From Vicugna vicugna (lineage: Eukaryota): a DNA stretch of 64,000 nucleotides. The stretch covers positions 940,048 through 1,004,047 of the forward strand of contig MU057947.1 of assembly GCA_013265495.1 (NCBI GenBank), written 5' to 3'. The translations under genes were made by a program, and so were the position numbers. The notes beneath the pieces are model-generated. The model was given only the letters and a program-made list of their open reading frames with translations. It was not told the DNA's origin and did no database searches. Shown piece after piece: positions 14,508-26,819 of this stretch; within the stretch, counting starts at the first letter, position 1; every line of letters starts with the position of its first letter.

Positions 14508-15347
14508 AAATGCAAATCAAAACTGCGATGAGGTATCACCTCACACCACCCAGAAAGGCCATCATTCAAAAGTCCTCAAATGACAAATGCTGCAGAGGCT
14601 GTGGACAAAGGAGATCCTTCCTACACTGCTGGTGGGAATGCAGGTTGGTGCAGCCACTGTGGAAAACAGTATGGAGATTCCTCAAAAGACTAGGAATAGA
14701 CTTACCATATGACCCAGGAATCCTGCTCCTGGGCATATACCCAGAAGGAACCCTACTTCAAAAAGACACCTGCACCCCAATGTTCACAGCAGCACTATTT
14801 ACAATAGCCAAGACATGGAAACAGCCCAAATGTCCATCGACAGATGATTGGATAAAGAAGAGGTCATATATTTATACAATGGAATACTTCTCAGCCATAA
14901 AAACCGACTACATAACGCCACTTGCAGCAACATGGATGTTCCTGGAGAACGTCATTCTAAGTGAACTGAGCCAGAAAGAGAAAGAAAAATACCATATGAG
15001 ATGGCTCATATGTGGAATCTAAAAAAAAAAAGGAACATAAATACAAAACAGAAACAGACTCAGACATAGAATACAAACTTGTGGTTGCTAAGAGGGCGGG
15101 GGGTGGGAGGGGACAGACTGGAATTTCAAAATTTGTAGATACTGACAGGCATATGTAGAATAGATAAACAAGATTGTACTGTACAGCACAGGGAACTATA
15201 TACAAGATCTTGTGGTAGCTCACAGTGGAAAAAAATGTGACAATGAATATATGCATGTTCATGTACAACTGAAAAATTGTGCTCTACGCTGGAATTTGAC
15301 ACAACATTGTAAACTGACTATAACTCAATAAAAGAAATCTTAAAAAA
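14508..15347 (+). mobile_element. Young 5'-truncated L1 with perfect TSD AATCAGCACAG
   Basis: Open ORF2 C-terminus (EMQIKTAMRYHLTP...EKEKYHMRWLICGI), 3' UTR, polyA; TSD at 14497-14507 and 15348-15358. Confidence 0.95.
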
Positions 15348-16776
15348 AATCAGCACAGCCAGACAGTGGCACGTTCTCAAAACTTACACACCTTAAATCA
15401 AGCACACGGCACACTCGACACGAGAATATCCATGGAAGTTGTTAGACGTCAGTAATGCAATTACAGGTAATTCTCTACACACACACTAATGTCACCTTTC
15501 ATTTTGAAGGTATTTCGAGGATTTTTATTGACTAATGGACTTTATTCTAAAGATCATTTGTATTATAAATGTGTAATGCTGGAGTCCTAGTTACCAGAAG
15601 GTTTGCTGAGGGAGGTTTTACAGTTTAGTTTTACTTCTACTATAATGAAGAAAGCTGGCTTTGGCTGGAGCAGCTGACACGGACGTCCACCAGCCCTGAA
15701 TACAGACCTGCTAGTGCTGGCCGAGCTGGAGTAACAAGGCCTCCGCACTGCTGTTGGGAAAGCAAGCATGGTCTTCGTCAGGCAGAGACTCCTCCAGGAC
15801 GTTTCCACGTGGACGTGACCCTGTGCTCTTGGGAGGGCTGCTCTCCACATACAGTGCGGGGGCCAGAAGCGAGGACCCCTCCCTAACTCGCGCGTTATCA
15901 GGGCATCCCAGGACTTCAGCCACGTCTGGGCGCTGTGCCGTTTTTAGAAGACTCCTCACTTGCTGGGCGTGGGCTGCTTCCACACCCATGACCGAGCCTG
16001 GCTTGGCAAAGAGAAGGCAGCGGATGAGGAGGCGAGCGAGGCAGGCCAGCGGCAGGAGTGGGGGTACCAGCTTCACCACGAGAGCTGGTTACCTGCAGGA
16101 GGGCAGCGGAGAAGAGAGGAACACCACTCCTTCACTTCCAGGCAAAATTAAAGCCATAAATGCACACTCTAGGCTGAGAGTTGACAGCCTGCATGATTTA
16201 CCAAGGATGCTGTAAACCTAAATTATAAAAGATCTACCTACCACAAGTGGAACCTAGTAAACGTCCCTTGCAATGACAAAAACTCATAGTTTAGAGTGTT
16301 TCCGAGTTTGTAATCTCATCAACAAACAAAAATCCTGTGACATAGAAAAATAGAAGGTTTTACTTCTATTTTGTCCCAAAAGTCCAAAATGAAGAAAACG
16401 AAGATGAAGATGAAGAAAAAGAAGTCCCAAACGTCCAAAATGCTCAACTAATTTGCGTGAAGTCTGGTGATTTGAAATGGGAGAGCTGCGGCTCAGTGTG
16501 CGTTCAGTCTAACTGGGGAGACAAGGCTGAAACACACACCAGAGAAGCATTAAAAGCCATCTAATGTATGAAGACTGTTTCAAAACTCGATGTAAACCTA
16601 ATACACAGCTAAAATGGTCAAGACCGTGTAGTACCGGCAGGGGGTGAACACACGGATCAATGGAACGGAACTGAGGGTCCAGAAAAAACTCTTACATTTA
16701 TGGTCAACTGACCTTTGACAAAGGTGCCAAGACAATTCAGTGGAGAAAGAACAATCTTTGTAAGAAGTGGTGCTGG

Positions 16777-16954
16777 TAAAATAGATAAACAAGAAGCTTC
16801 TACTGCAGAGCACAGGGAAGTATTCAGTATCTCGTCGTAACCTGTAATGAAAAGAGACATGAAAAGGAACACTTGTGTATGACTGACTGAAACATGACCT
16901 GTGCACCAGAAACTGACACAACAGTGTAAACTCACTGTACGTCAACTGAAAAAA
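16777..16954 (+). mobile_element. Young L1 3'-tip nested in the old L1, TSD AAGTGGTGCTGG
   Basis: Perfect 12-bp TSD at 16765-16776 and 16955-16966. Confidence 0.88.
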
Positions 16955-17678
16955 AAGTGGTGCTGGCATGATTCGACATCCACAAAAATTAACTCAAAAC
17001 GGATCAGAGAGCTAAATGTAAGAGCTAAAAGCATTACATTTTTAGAGGAGAACACAGGAGAAAATCTCTGTGACCTGGGGTTAGGCAAAGGTTTTCTAGA
17101 TATGACACCAAAAGCAAGACCCATAAAAGAAACAAATTGTAAACTAGATTTCATCAAAACTAGATATCCAAAACTTTTAAGCTTCAAGAGACACTATAAG
17201 TTAAAAAAAAAATAGCCAAATTCTTGGGAGAAAATGTTTACACATCATATCTATGTTAAAGGACCTGTCTCCAGAATATATAAAGTGTTTCAATTCAACA
17301 AATAACACAATTTTTTAATGCGCAAAGAATCTGAATAGTAATTCTTCCAACAAACATACACATACGGTCATAAGTACATAAAAAGAATAAGTACATAAAA
17401 AGATATTCGACAAAATTAGTCATTAGAAAAATGCAAATCAAAAACTCAGTGGGATACCACTGGGTCCAGGAACCCATTTAAAATTATACATAAATAAAGG
17501 TATTTTTTCAAATGGGCAAAACATTTGAGTAGACTGTCAACCAAAAAAGATATGAATGATTAATAAGCACGTAAAAGATGTTCAACATCATTAGTCATTA
17601 GGGAAATGCAAATTTAAATTGCTGCGAGTACCTAACTTCATCTACTGGAATGACTACCATCAAAACCACAGATAATTT

Positions 17679-17795
17679 GGGGGTGGGGGTACAGCTCAGT
17701 GGTAGAGCACGTACTTGGCCTGCACTAGGTCCTGGGTTCAATCCCCAGTGCCTCTGTTAAGAAGAATAAACAGACAAAAAACAAAAAACAAAAAT
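17679..17795 (+). mobile_element. tRNA-derived SINE (camelid-type)
   Basis: A-box AGCTCAGTGGTAGAGC, B-box GGGTTCAATCCCC, A-rich tail. Confidence 0.88.
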
Positions 17796-19954
17796 ACCCA
17801 CACACAGACCATGTGAGGACGTGGACAAACAAGAACCTTCACAGGATGCAGGCAGGGAGCAGAATGCTGCCCCCACTTTGGGAAACAGTTTGGCAGTTTC
17901 TAGAAAGTTCAACATAGAGCCCCCATCAGAACTAGCCATTCTAGTCATGGGTGTCTGCACAGGGGACGTGTAAACACCCGTCCACACAGCGACTGCTACA
18001 CGAGCCTCCCAGCGCTCAGCACTCCGCATAAAACCCAGAACGGAAACACAGCCCAACGTCCTCCACGTGGCGCATAAACACACAGAACGTGGTGTGTCTG
18101 CACAACCGAGTGTCACTCAGCGATGAAGAGGGACAAGCCTGACGTGCGCTTCATCATCGAGAAACCTCAAAGGCGTTGCGCTAAGTAAGAGAGTCAGCTG
18201 CAAAACCGCGCTCTGTACGATTCTGTTCGTATGAAACGTCCAGAAAAGGCAAACCTAGAGAGACAGAAAGCAAGTTAGCGACTGTCTGGGCCTGGGGGCG
18301 GGAACGGGCCGGGCCGCAAATGGACATAAGGATCTCTCTGAGGTGAAGAAAATACTCTCAGACTGGGTGGTGATGGTTATGCGACTGTAAACTTACGAAG
18401 AGCCACTTCACTGTTTCACGGTACACTTAAAAATTTTTAAACCCTTAACAACATGGGCCTGATGGTAAGTGCAAAGAGGAAATCTAACAAATGGGCGCAC
18501 GGGCGCGCTCGCGAGCGGGCGGCGGGGGCACACGGCACCAGGCCAATTATGAGCTTCCCCAAATAGATGAACTTTGAAAATGCCAGCAACTTTATGCATC
18601 AGTGTCACCCTCCCTTCATTTCTCTTCAGTTAAACGCACACACAGCCTTACATGTTGAACAATCACGAATGATCTGATGAACACCTACTGCATGCCCTGC
18701 TTGCTTCTGGTAATCAGAGAAGCAGCTGCCAAGTCACGGTCCTTCCTGGGTCACCGCCGAGCACATGGACGCCTAACAGGGCCCCAAACCATGGAAACTA
18801 CCTCCTGACTAACCTACCCTCACTCTGACTTTTCTGTGTCACATACAAAGAAACCTGCAGAAAACTAGAAATGGCGAGGCTCGTGCAGCTGGCAGCAGGA
18901 AGACCTGTACTAGAGTCAAACCCGAAGACGAATTATTGCTGACAAATTGCCTTTTTCTAGATGGGGGATGGCTGAATACAATTAAACTGAGTGGACCAGA
19001 CAGTACAAAGTAGCTCAGAAGACAATTTCCACACTAAAAAATGGGAGAGAGAAGTAAGTAACTTGTCTCTTGAGGAGTGGGTCACAATTATTTAGAATGA
19101 AAAGGGTACCGGAGAAAGGCAGAACCAAAGGGTCTGGTCAGGGGTCCGCAGCACCAGCTACTGCTCATTAGGCTTTCTCGGTGGGGATCTTGCTCAGCAG
19201 ATGAGCTATAAAGCCTACATCCTATGGGCTGAAACATGCAAATTTAACTCTGAATTTTCTTACTTTATAAGTTAGACTCCACAGGGTTACTTGAATGGAG
19301 TTAAAGCCATCAATACGTTTAAGTGGTTTTGCTGACAAAGACTACGAGCTTTACTGGATAGTTTTTCACACGTTAGCAAAGGTAGGTCTCAAAGGCACCC
19401 ACAGAAAGAGTGGACATGAAACCCCCTCAGCCCTCCAGTTTAGGGCAGCTATTTATAACACCAAGAATTGGTGAAAATGGCAGATCGGAACTTCACAATC
19501 TGCTCACGTCCAAGTTTCAGTGGCTGCATCAAAAACATTTCAGACTGCAACTCAAAATCAGCCGCCCTCTTGCAAAGCTCGAGCCTGCTCACCCCCGGAC
19601 TGAAGGCACAACCTGTGCGCAGGTGTAAACGAAAGGAAAAGCATGTCTGCTGATGGACTGTGCACCAGACCCACACAGCACAGCTAAACAGAGCCACATC
19701 AAGGCTGACAAACTAAATTCTGTGCAGAAAACATGCACGTGGTTAGTGGTTGTAGTTGGTAGTGACGTTACTGCTACAGTGCACAACGGACTCGAATGCT
19801 ACAGTATTCTAAATCCAAACAGGCTAGAAAGCATTTAGAATGAACGTTCCTGAACTGGTTAAGGAGCCCCTCAAACTTAACTTTATTGATACACATGCGT
19901 GCGGGTGTGTGTGTTTCAACTTCCTTTTGTAAACCTTGAATCAATAATCCAAGA

Positions 19955-22900
19955 AGCTCTTCAGGCCAAGATGGAGCAACAGGGACCAGATTCATTCTCC
20001 TGAATGAAACCAAAGATGGACAGAAGAAATGAAACAATAGATCTCAAAGACACTGACCAGCAAGTAGCAAAGAACAGTGGCCCCTGCGATGGGGTCACAA
20101 GCAGGCTGAGCCCGACACGGCTCCCCCCGCCCCACGCCTTGAGTTCCCAGGGAGGGGAACCGAGGCAGAGCCAGGTGGGCTCCCTGAGTCATGAACACTT
20201 TGCTGAGTGTGTGGGAGGCTCACAGGCCAGAGCCCTGGAGAGAACAGGCAGCCCAGAGAGAAACACAACAATCCACACACGTGTGATCAGCACCCATGTG
20301 TGAAGAAAGTACCCAGGGCAGGAAAAGAGCCACTCAAAAGGATTAGAAGGAGCAGTGCCTGGTGCCTGGACATGGCTGGGAACACTGTTGGACCCTACCA
20401 GCAAAACTGGAAAGCCCCCAGACCCATGACACAGAAGGCAGCACACACAGAAGGATCAAGAGTCTGGCCCTAGACTAAGCCCTGCTCTAGTCTCACCTAA
20501 CAGACCTTAAAAGCAAGATCCAAAGGCTCAAACTTTTCCTAAGTAACTTCTCTGTGATCCAGAACAAAGTTCAAGGAATGTTTATAGGAATCTAAAAATA
20601 TTCAACACCCCGTATGGTAAAATTTACAGTATCTGACATCCTGCCAAAAGTTACTAGGCCAGCAAAGAAGCAGAAAATTATGATCCATAATAAAGAGAAC
20701 AACCTATCAAAACCAGTCCAGAGCTGACACAGACGTAAAAATTAGCAGAGAAGGACATTTAGAATGTTATTATAACTGTATCCCATATATTCAAAATGTT
20801 AAACGGAGATATGGAAGACGGTTTCAAAGAGATCCAAATCAAGTATTATGAGTTGAAATCTATAATGTCTGAGATAAAAACTGGAAGTATCTGACAGATT
20901 AGACACTGCAGAAGAAAACATTAGTGAACTTAAAGGCACAACAACAGAAACTATCTGAAAATAAACAAAGAAAGAAAAGAAAAAATTTTTTTAAATGAAC
21001 AGATCATAGGTGGTATGACTTAAATAAGTTTAAATGACACATAGTTGGAGTCCCAGTAGGAGAGGAGAAAAGGGGAAGAGAAAAAATATTTGAAGATATA
21101 ATGGCTAAAAAGGACCCAAATTTGAGGAAAACTATAAACTCATAGACTCAACAATTATCAATAACCCCAAGCACAAAAACTGAAGCACATCACGAGCAAA
21201 TTGCTCAAAGCCACTGAAAAGAGAAAACTAAAAGGATCCAGAGACCAAAGACACATTGCGTCCTGAGGAACAAAGACAGGGTGACAGCAGATTCTCACTG
21301 GGAACAATCCAGTCGTGAAGACAGCAGAGAAACAGTGGAGCTTTGAATTGCTCAAAGAAAAAACTGCCAATTTAGAATTCCATATGTAGTGGAAATATCT
21401 TTCAATAATAAGGGTGAAATAAAGACATTTAAAAAGGTGAAAAAATGTACCACCAGTAGGTTTGTCCTATACAAAATGTTAAAGGAATTCCTTTAGGAAA
21501 AAAAACCAAAAAAATGAAACCAGATGGAAATATGAAGCCACACAAAAGAATGAACTAAACCAGAAATAGTAACCGTGGGTAAAAGATAAGTTTTTGCTCT
21601 TGTTACTGAAACTTCTTTGAAAGATGACTGTTCAAACAGAAATAGTAACAATCTAGTATGGGGTTGACAGCATGCGTCAAGGTAAAATGTAGGACAACAC
21701 AAAAGTGGAGAGGAGAGGGATGGAAGTGTAAACTGTAAGGTTCTTACATGTACACTGGATAGTATCGCCTGATGACAGACTGTGTAATTTGAAGATGTAC
21801 ATTCTAAGTCATAAAGCAAAAATCAAAGTTACAGCGAGTAAATCAACAAGGGAAATAACATGAAACCACACACACAAAAAATTCCACTATGCCAAAAATG
21901 AGAAAAAGTAAATAAAGAATAATAGGACACACAGAAAACAAAAAGAAGGATTATAGATTTTAATCTAACTATATCAACAATAACATTAAATGTAAACAGA
22001 CGAAATACTCTAATAAACAGGCAGAGACTGTCAGATTAAATAACAAAAATACCCCAAGACTCAATCTATAGGCCGCCTACAAGAAACTCACTTTAATACA
22101 AAGATACATCTAGATTAAAGGTAAAAGGATGAAAAAAGATATACAAAGCTAGCACTAATCAAAAGAAAGCTAGGGTTGCTATATTAATACTAGACAAAGT
22201 ACGTTTCAGAGTGAGGAATGTTACCAGGAATACAAAAAGTGATTTCATAATGACAAAGGAGTCAGCTAATCAAGAGGACATACAATTCATAAATGCACGT
22301 GCACATAACAGAGCTTCAAATTACACAAAGCAAAACTGACGGAACTGCAAGGAGAAAAGACAAACCTCCAATTATGTTGAGATTGCAACACCTTCTTACA
22401 AAAGCTGATAGAATATACAAAAAAAAAAAAAAAAGACAGAACATGAAGAAAATTGTTAAGGACACAGAAGACATAAACCAAGCTATCACCCAGCTTGACT
22501 TGACTGGCACTTACAGAACACTGCACTCAACAGGGGAATACACATTTCCCAAGACTGTTCCTATATTGAGTCATAAAAGAAGTCATATCATACGAAAAAC
22601 AGTATGAAGTTTCCTCAAAAAATTAAGAATAGAACTACCATACAATCTGGCAATCCTACTTCTGGGTATTTATCCAAAAGAAACGAAATCAACATCTCAA
22701 AGAGGTATTTAGCATGCCCATGTTCACTGCAGCACTATTCACAACAGCTAAGATGTAGAAACCAGCCACATGTCCACTGGCAGAAGAACAGAGAAAACGT
22801 GGTGTATTCACACGGTGGAATCTGTGCTGAAGAACTTAAGGGAGATGTACGCTAAGTGCCTACACTAGAAAACGTGAAAGGCCTCCATACAGTGACCTCA

Positions 22901-24170
22901 GCATCCCTTCAGTCACTGGAAACAAAAGAACCAGTGAATCCAACACAAGAAGAAAGGAATTAATGAAGATCAGAGTGAAAACTACTAACATAGTAAACAG
23001 AGAAGCAACAGAGAAAAATCAGTGACGCTTAGAAAGGCATCACATGTCCGTAGATCAAAGACCTAGTATTAAGCTGGCCACATTGCTCAAATTGACCTGT
23101 AGAGTCAACACAATTCCTAACAACATTCCAGCTGACTTCTTTGCAGAAATGAACAAGCTGACACTAAAATTCATATGGAAATGCAAGGGACCCAGAATAG
23201 CCAAAAGAACAAAGTTAGGGGACTCTCTTACAGGTTTCAAAACTTACTGCAAAGCTACAGTAATCAAGACAGGGTGGTACTGATGTTAAGGACAGACATA
23301 CAGATCAGTGGAATGGAACTGAAAATCTAGGGAAAAAACAACCCCCCTCACATTTACAGTGGATGGGATTGTAACAAAGGTGCCGAGGCATTTAAATGGG
23401 GGATGAGGGCGGGGACAGTCTTCTCAACAAACGGTGCTTGGACAACTTAAAACTTCATGCAAGAGAATAAAGGCGGAACCCTACCCCATACATACCATAT
23501 ATAAAAATTAACATGAAATTGAACGTAGATCTAAATATAAGAGCTAAAAATGTAACTTTTAGAAGAAACCTGGGGTACAGAATAGAATAATTTTGCAAAT
23601 CACGGCTCCAATATGGGAGTGATGTTTAGACTATATAAGGAACTACTACAATTCAATAAAAAGACAACAACCCAATTAAAAATGGACAAAGGATCTGATA
23701 GACTTTCTCTAAAGAAGACACACAAATGGCCAAGAAGCACATGAAAAGATGCTCATCATTAGCTATCAGGAAAATGCTAATCAAAGCCCCACAAAGAGAG
23801 AGCACTTCACATCCACTTAGGATGGCTGTATTTTATAAAGCAGGGAAGGGTTGGAGAGGATGCAGAGAAACTGAAACCCTGTATACAGCTAGGGGAGTGA
23901 AAAATGAGGCAGCTAAGTTGGAAAACAACTTAGCAAAACAATTCCTCAAATGGTTAAAGACAGTTACCATACGAGCCAGAAATTCCACAGCTAGGCATAC
24001 ACCCAAAAGAAATGAAAATATATCTGTACAGAAATTTGAACACGAATGTGCATAAAAGCATGATTTTAATAGCCAAAGAGCCACACCGTAAGCTTCAAAT
24101 ACATGTGGTTTGTTACACCCCATGATGGTATTAAAAAGTAAAGACAGAAAAATGATAAGCAAAACAACCT
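19955..24170 (+). mobile_element. Old, internally deleted near-full-length L1 (L1MC/L1MD-like 5' end through ORF2)
   Basis: 5'-end-like GGCCAAGATGGAGCAACAGGGACCAGATT; ORF1-like A-rich segment; endonuclease-like acattaaatgtaaa at about 21985; ORF2 KLTLKFIWKCKGPRIAK...KTYCKATVIKTGWY. Confidence 0.8.
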
Positions 24171-25294
24171 GGAACAGCCGATGAACTAAGGCAGCCTTCT
24201 GTTTTATTTCGAAAGGACCGTGACCCAGAATGGAAAGAAATTACAACAGAGGAAATGGCCGCTTATCCCTAAGAATCAGAAGCTGGAAAAGGAGATCTTG
24301 GATCGACCCAGATGAAGCCAGAAAAGATACCCACCGGATCGTGAGCCCAGGCGCTCGGGTGTGCTCCTCCCAGAGAACTCGCTCTTGATTTTTTGCAAGG
24401 AGAGTCTTCTCGGGGATAAAAGGCTGAGCAGACACGGATCTTCAGGTGTTGTGGGCAATTTTATTCTGAAGCACGTGGTGCAATGGGCAGGGGGACTGAA
24501 CCAGACACTGGACGCTCCTGAGTCACACGGACAACCTAACCAAGGACTTCATTTCTCCTTTCTTGTTCCAGAGCCTAGAATAGTGCTTGGTACACAACAG
24601 GTGCTACCCAAGGGAAATGATAAACACCACTGATGTTTAACTGCCTCATGTGTTAGGCCATCAGCTAACCTCACCACGACCAGGACACTCACAAGACCCC
24701 AGGGGAGGCATCCGACGCTAGCTCGGCATGAGAACCACCTGAGAGGCTGTTCCAGCGGTGGGTCCAGGCAGCTGCAGCCCCTGAAACTCCACTCGTGGTT
24801 TTAATGCACAGGGTTCAGAGGCACGAGGTTGTCAACAGAGCTAGGAAAGGAGCTGCCCCTCCCAAGTAACCAAATTCAGCAGGGAGAGGGGGGTTGTGAG
24901 ACAGAGAAAACAGAGAACTTGGGACAAGAGCTTGGATACTTTATTGAACTCAATCTGGATTATTAGATCAAAGACTAGGACAGAATACAACATACACAAG
25001 AACTCCACCAAATTAGGAGGCAATATACACTACAGCAGTAAGATGCCACCTCACCCTTCTTTCAGAACAGACAGGAAGTGTGGTAGCCTCAAACTGAGCA
25101 CTTAACTTCATCAATCCCAACCTGAAAGATCATTCAAGGTTTCTTCCGTTAAGCCTTTCCCGTTCTCTCTGACCAGTTACGACCCCTGGCTCCCCGTCCC
25201 TGACAGCCCGTGGCATCACACTTCTCATCATTTTATGACCAGTCGAGGGCTTCATTTCAAAGCCTCATGTTTTAGTGCCACCAGCCCCACGTGG

Positions 25295-25510
25295 GAAGCA
25301 GTGCGGCCTAGTGGTTAAGAGCACAGGGTCTGGAGGCGGACAGTGAGGTTGAAGACCAGCTGCCACCACCTGCCAGCTGTGTGTCCTTAGGCCAGTCGAG
25401 TAAAGCCCGCTATACCTCAGTTTCCTTACTGGTACTGTGGGCTTAATAAGAGGCTATTGTGAAATTCAGATAATCTACGCGGTAACCACTCAATGGCTAG
25501 CAGTATCTGC
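25295..25510 (+). mobile_element. MIR SINE
   Basis: gtggttaagagcacagggtctggag...agctgtgtgtccttaggccagt...cctcagtttcct core. Confidence 0.8.
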
Positions 25511-25914
25511 CACACCTCTGCTAAATGTCTCAAAGACACCACACTCAGTATGGCCTAGCAGGGGCGCCTCGTTTTCCCCTGCAGTCACACACGGGTCCTC
25601 CCTCAAGAACACCACCCAGGTGCTCAAGTCACAACCCTGGGACTCAGCCGGTCTGCCCTTTACACGACCTTCTATGTCCGCTCCCCCAGCAAGACCTGAC
25701 AGTTCCTCCTCCCAGACACACAGCCCAGTCTGTCCACCGTCAGCATCTCACTCTCCACTCTGAGCCTCTGTCACCTCTCATGATCTGTATATTCCTTGCT
25801 GCCCTGCCCTCCCTCTGACCACCATCCCTTTCATCTTCTACAAAGCTGCTCTGTGGAAAGTAAGCTCTTAAAATGTTAGTATGATCGTGTCACTTCACTG
25901 TTTACTTTCCATTG

Positions 25915-26460
25915 TTTGAAGGACAACAAGCAGGGAGAGGTGGAGCCATCAGACAGAGGAAACTGGAGGGGGGGTCCCTGGATGTCTTCCATTTGGGTAC
26001 CACCAGCCCCATACTTAGGGACTCTGTTTCACCACCGTGGAGCTGACCTCCATACTGTTATGTATGGGAGAATCAAACTTTTATCTGGTTTGAGCCAATG
26101 TAGTCTGAAGTCTCTACAGAAGCTTAATCTATACCCCGTAACAGGGCACCAGAAAGTGGGGTGCTACGGGGACAGAACATTAAGTGGCACTGGCTTGGTG
26201 GTGAGGAAACAGACGCTGCAGGGTAGAAGCTAGTCACTCTTGATATGCTGTGCAAAACATTTGAGAAAAACATTGCCTGCATTAACTCAGAAGACACATC
26301 CTGTGCTTACGGAGCCTGTAGGTCTAGGAGCAGCAGACAGAAAATATTCAGACGCTGGTATGGTGGCAGCTCGATGCTGCTCTTAGGAAAGAACCAGGTA
26401 AACGAGATGGAGTGAGAACAAGCCAATTCGCAGGCAGAGGTGTTAGGTAAGGGCGCTGCT
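25915..26460 (+). mobile_element. MaLR (MLT1-like) LTR 3' part plus start of internal sequence
   Basis: aatcaaacttttatctggtttgagcca...taaca followed by ggcaccagaaagtggggtgct, typical of an MLT LTR/internal junction (pattern recall). Confidence 0.5.
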
Positions 26461-26819
26461 CAGAGGCTCTGTCTTCGTGCTCCAATCGCACAGGACTCCT
26501 TTCAGTTTTCTAGAAGCCTAAGTAAGCCCTTTCCTACCTCCTATACTGTCTCCCCTTGAAGCCTCACACAGACCGCATTACCCACCCACCGCGGTCTTGA
26601 TCAAGGCCCCCCATTACCAATCACCTCTTACCCTGTTCTCTCCAGCAAAGGACCGGTGTGTCTGCTCACCTGGCACCCATACCACACCCAGCCCAGCGCC
26701 TGCACATGGAGGGGTGGCTGCGGAACAGCAGCCTGCAGAACCCGGGAGACCCCCCTGCACTAGACACCGAGCCCTCCAGGCCTGGCAGGGAGCCCATGCT
26801 TGTTAGAGGAATCCTGAGT

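Larger units (their letters stand above)
16590..18420 (+). mobile_element. Old L1 (L1M-type) 3' portion hosting nested insertions
   Basis: ORF2-like KINSKRIRELNVRAKSITFLEENTGENLCDLGLGKGFLDMTPKA; L1M 3' UTR-like sequence at about 18100-18420. Confidence 0.8.

Noticed and set aside
14258..15022. 254-aa ORF, one of the longest in the track
   Set aside because: Its C-terminal two-thirds is L1 ORF2 inside a TSD-flanked truncated L1, and the N-terminal part is a chance open frame from a non-ATG start.
17679..17755. tRNA-like sequence with A and B boxes (also near 32430, 32616, 34140, 39525)
   Set aside because: These are tRNA-derived SINEs with tails and TSDs, and their stems are degenerate; they are not tRNA genes.
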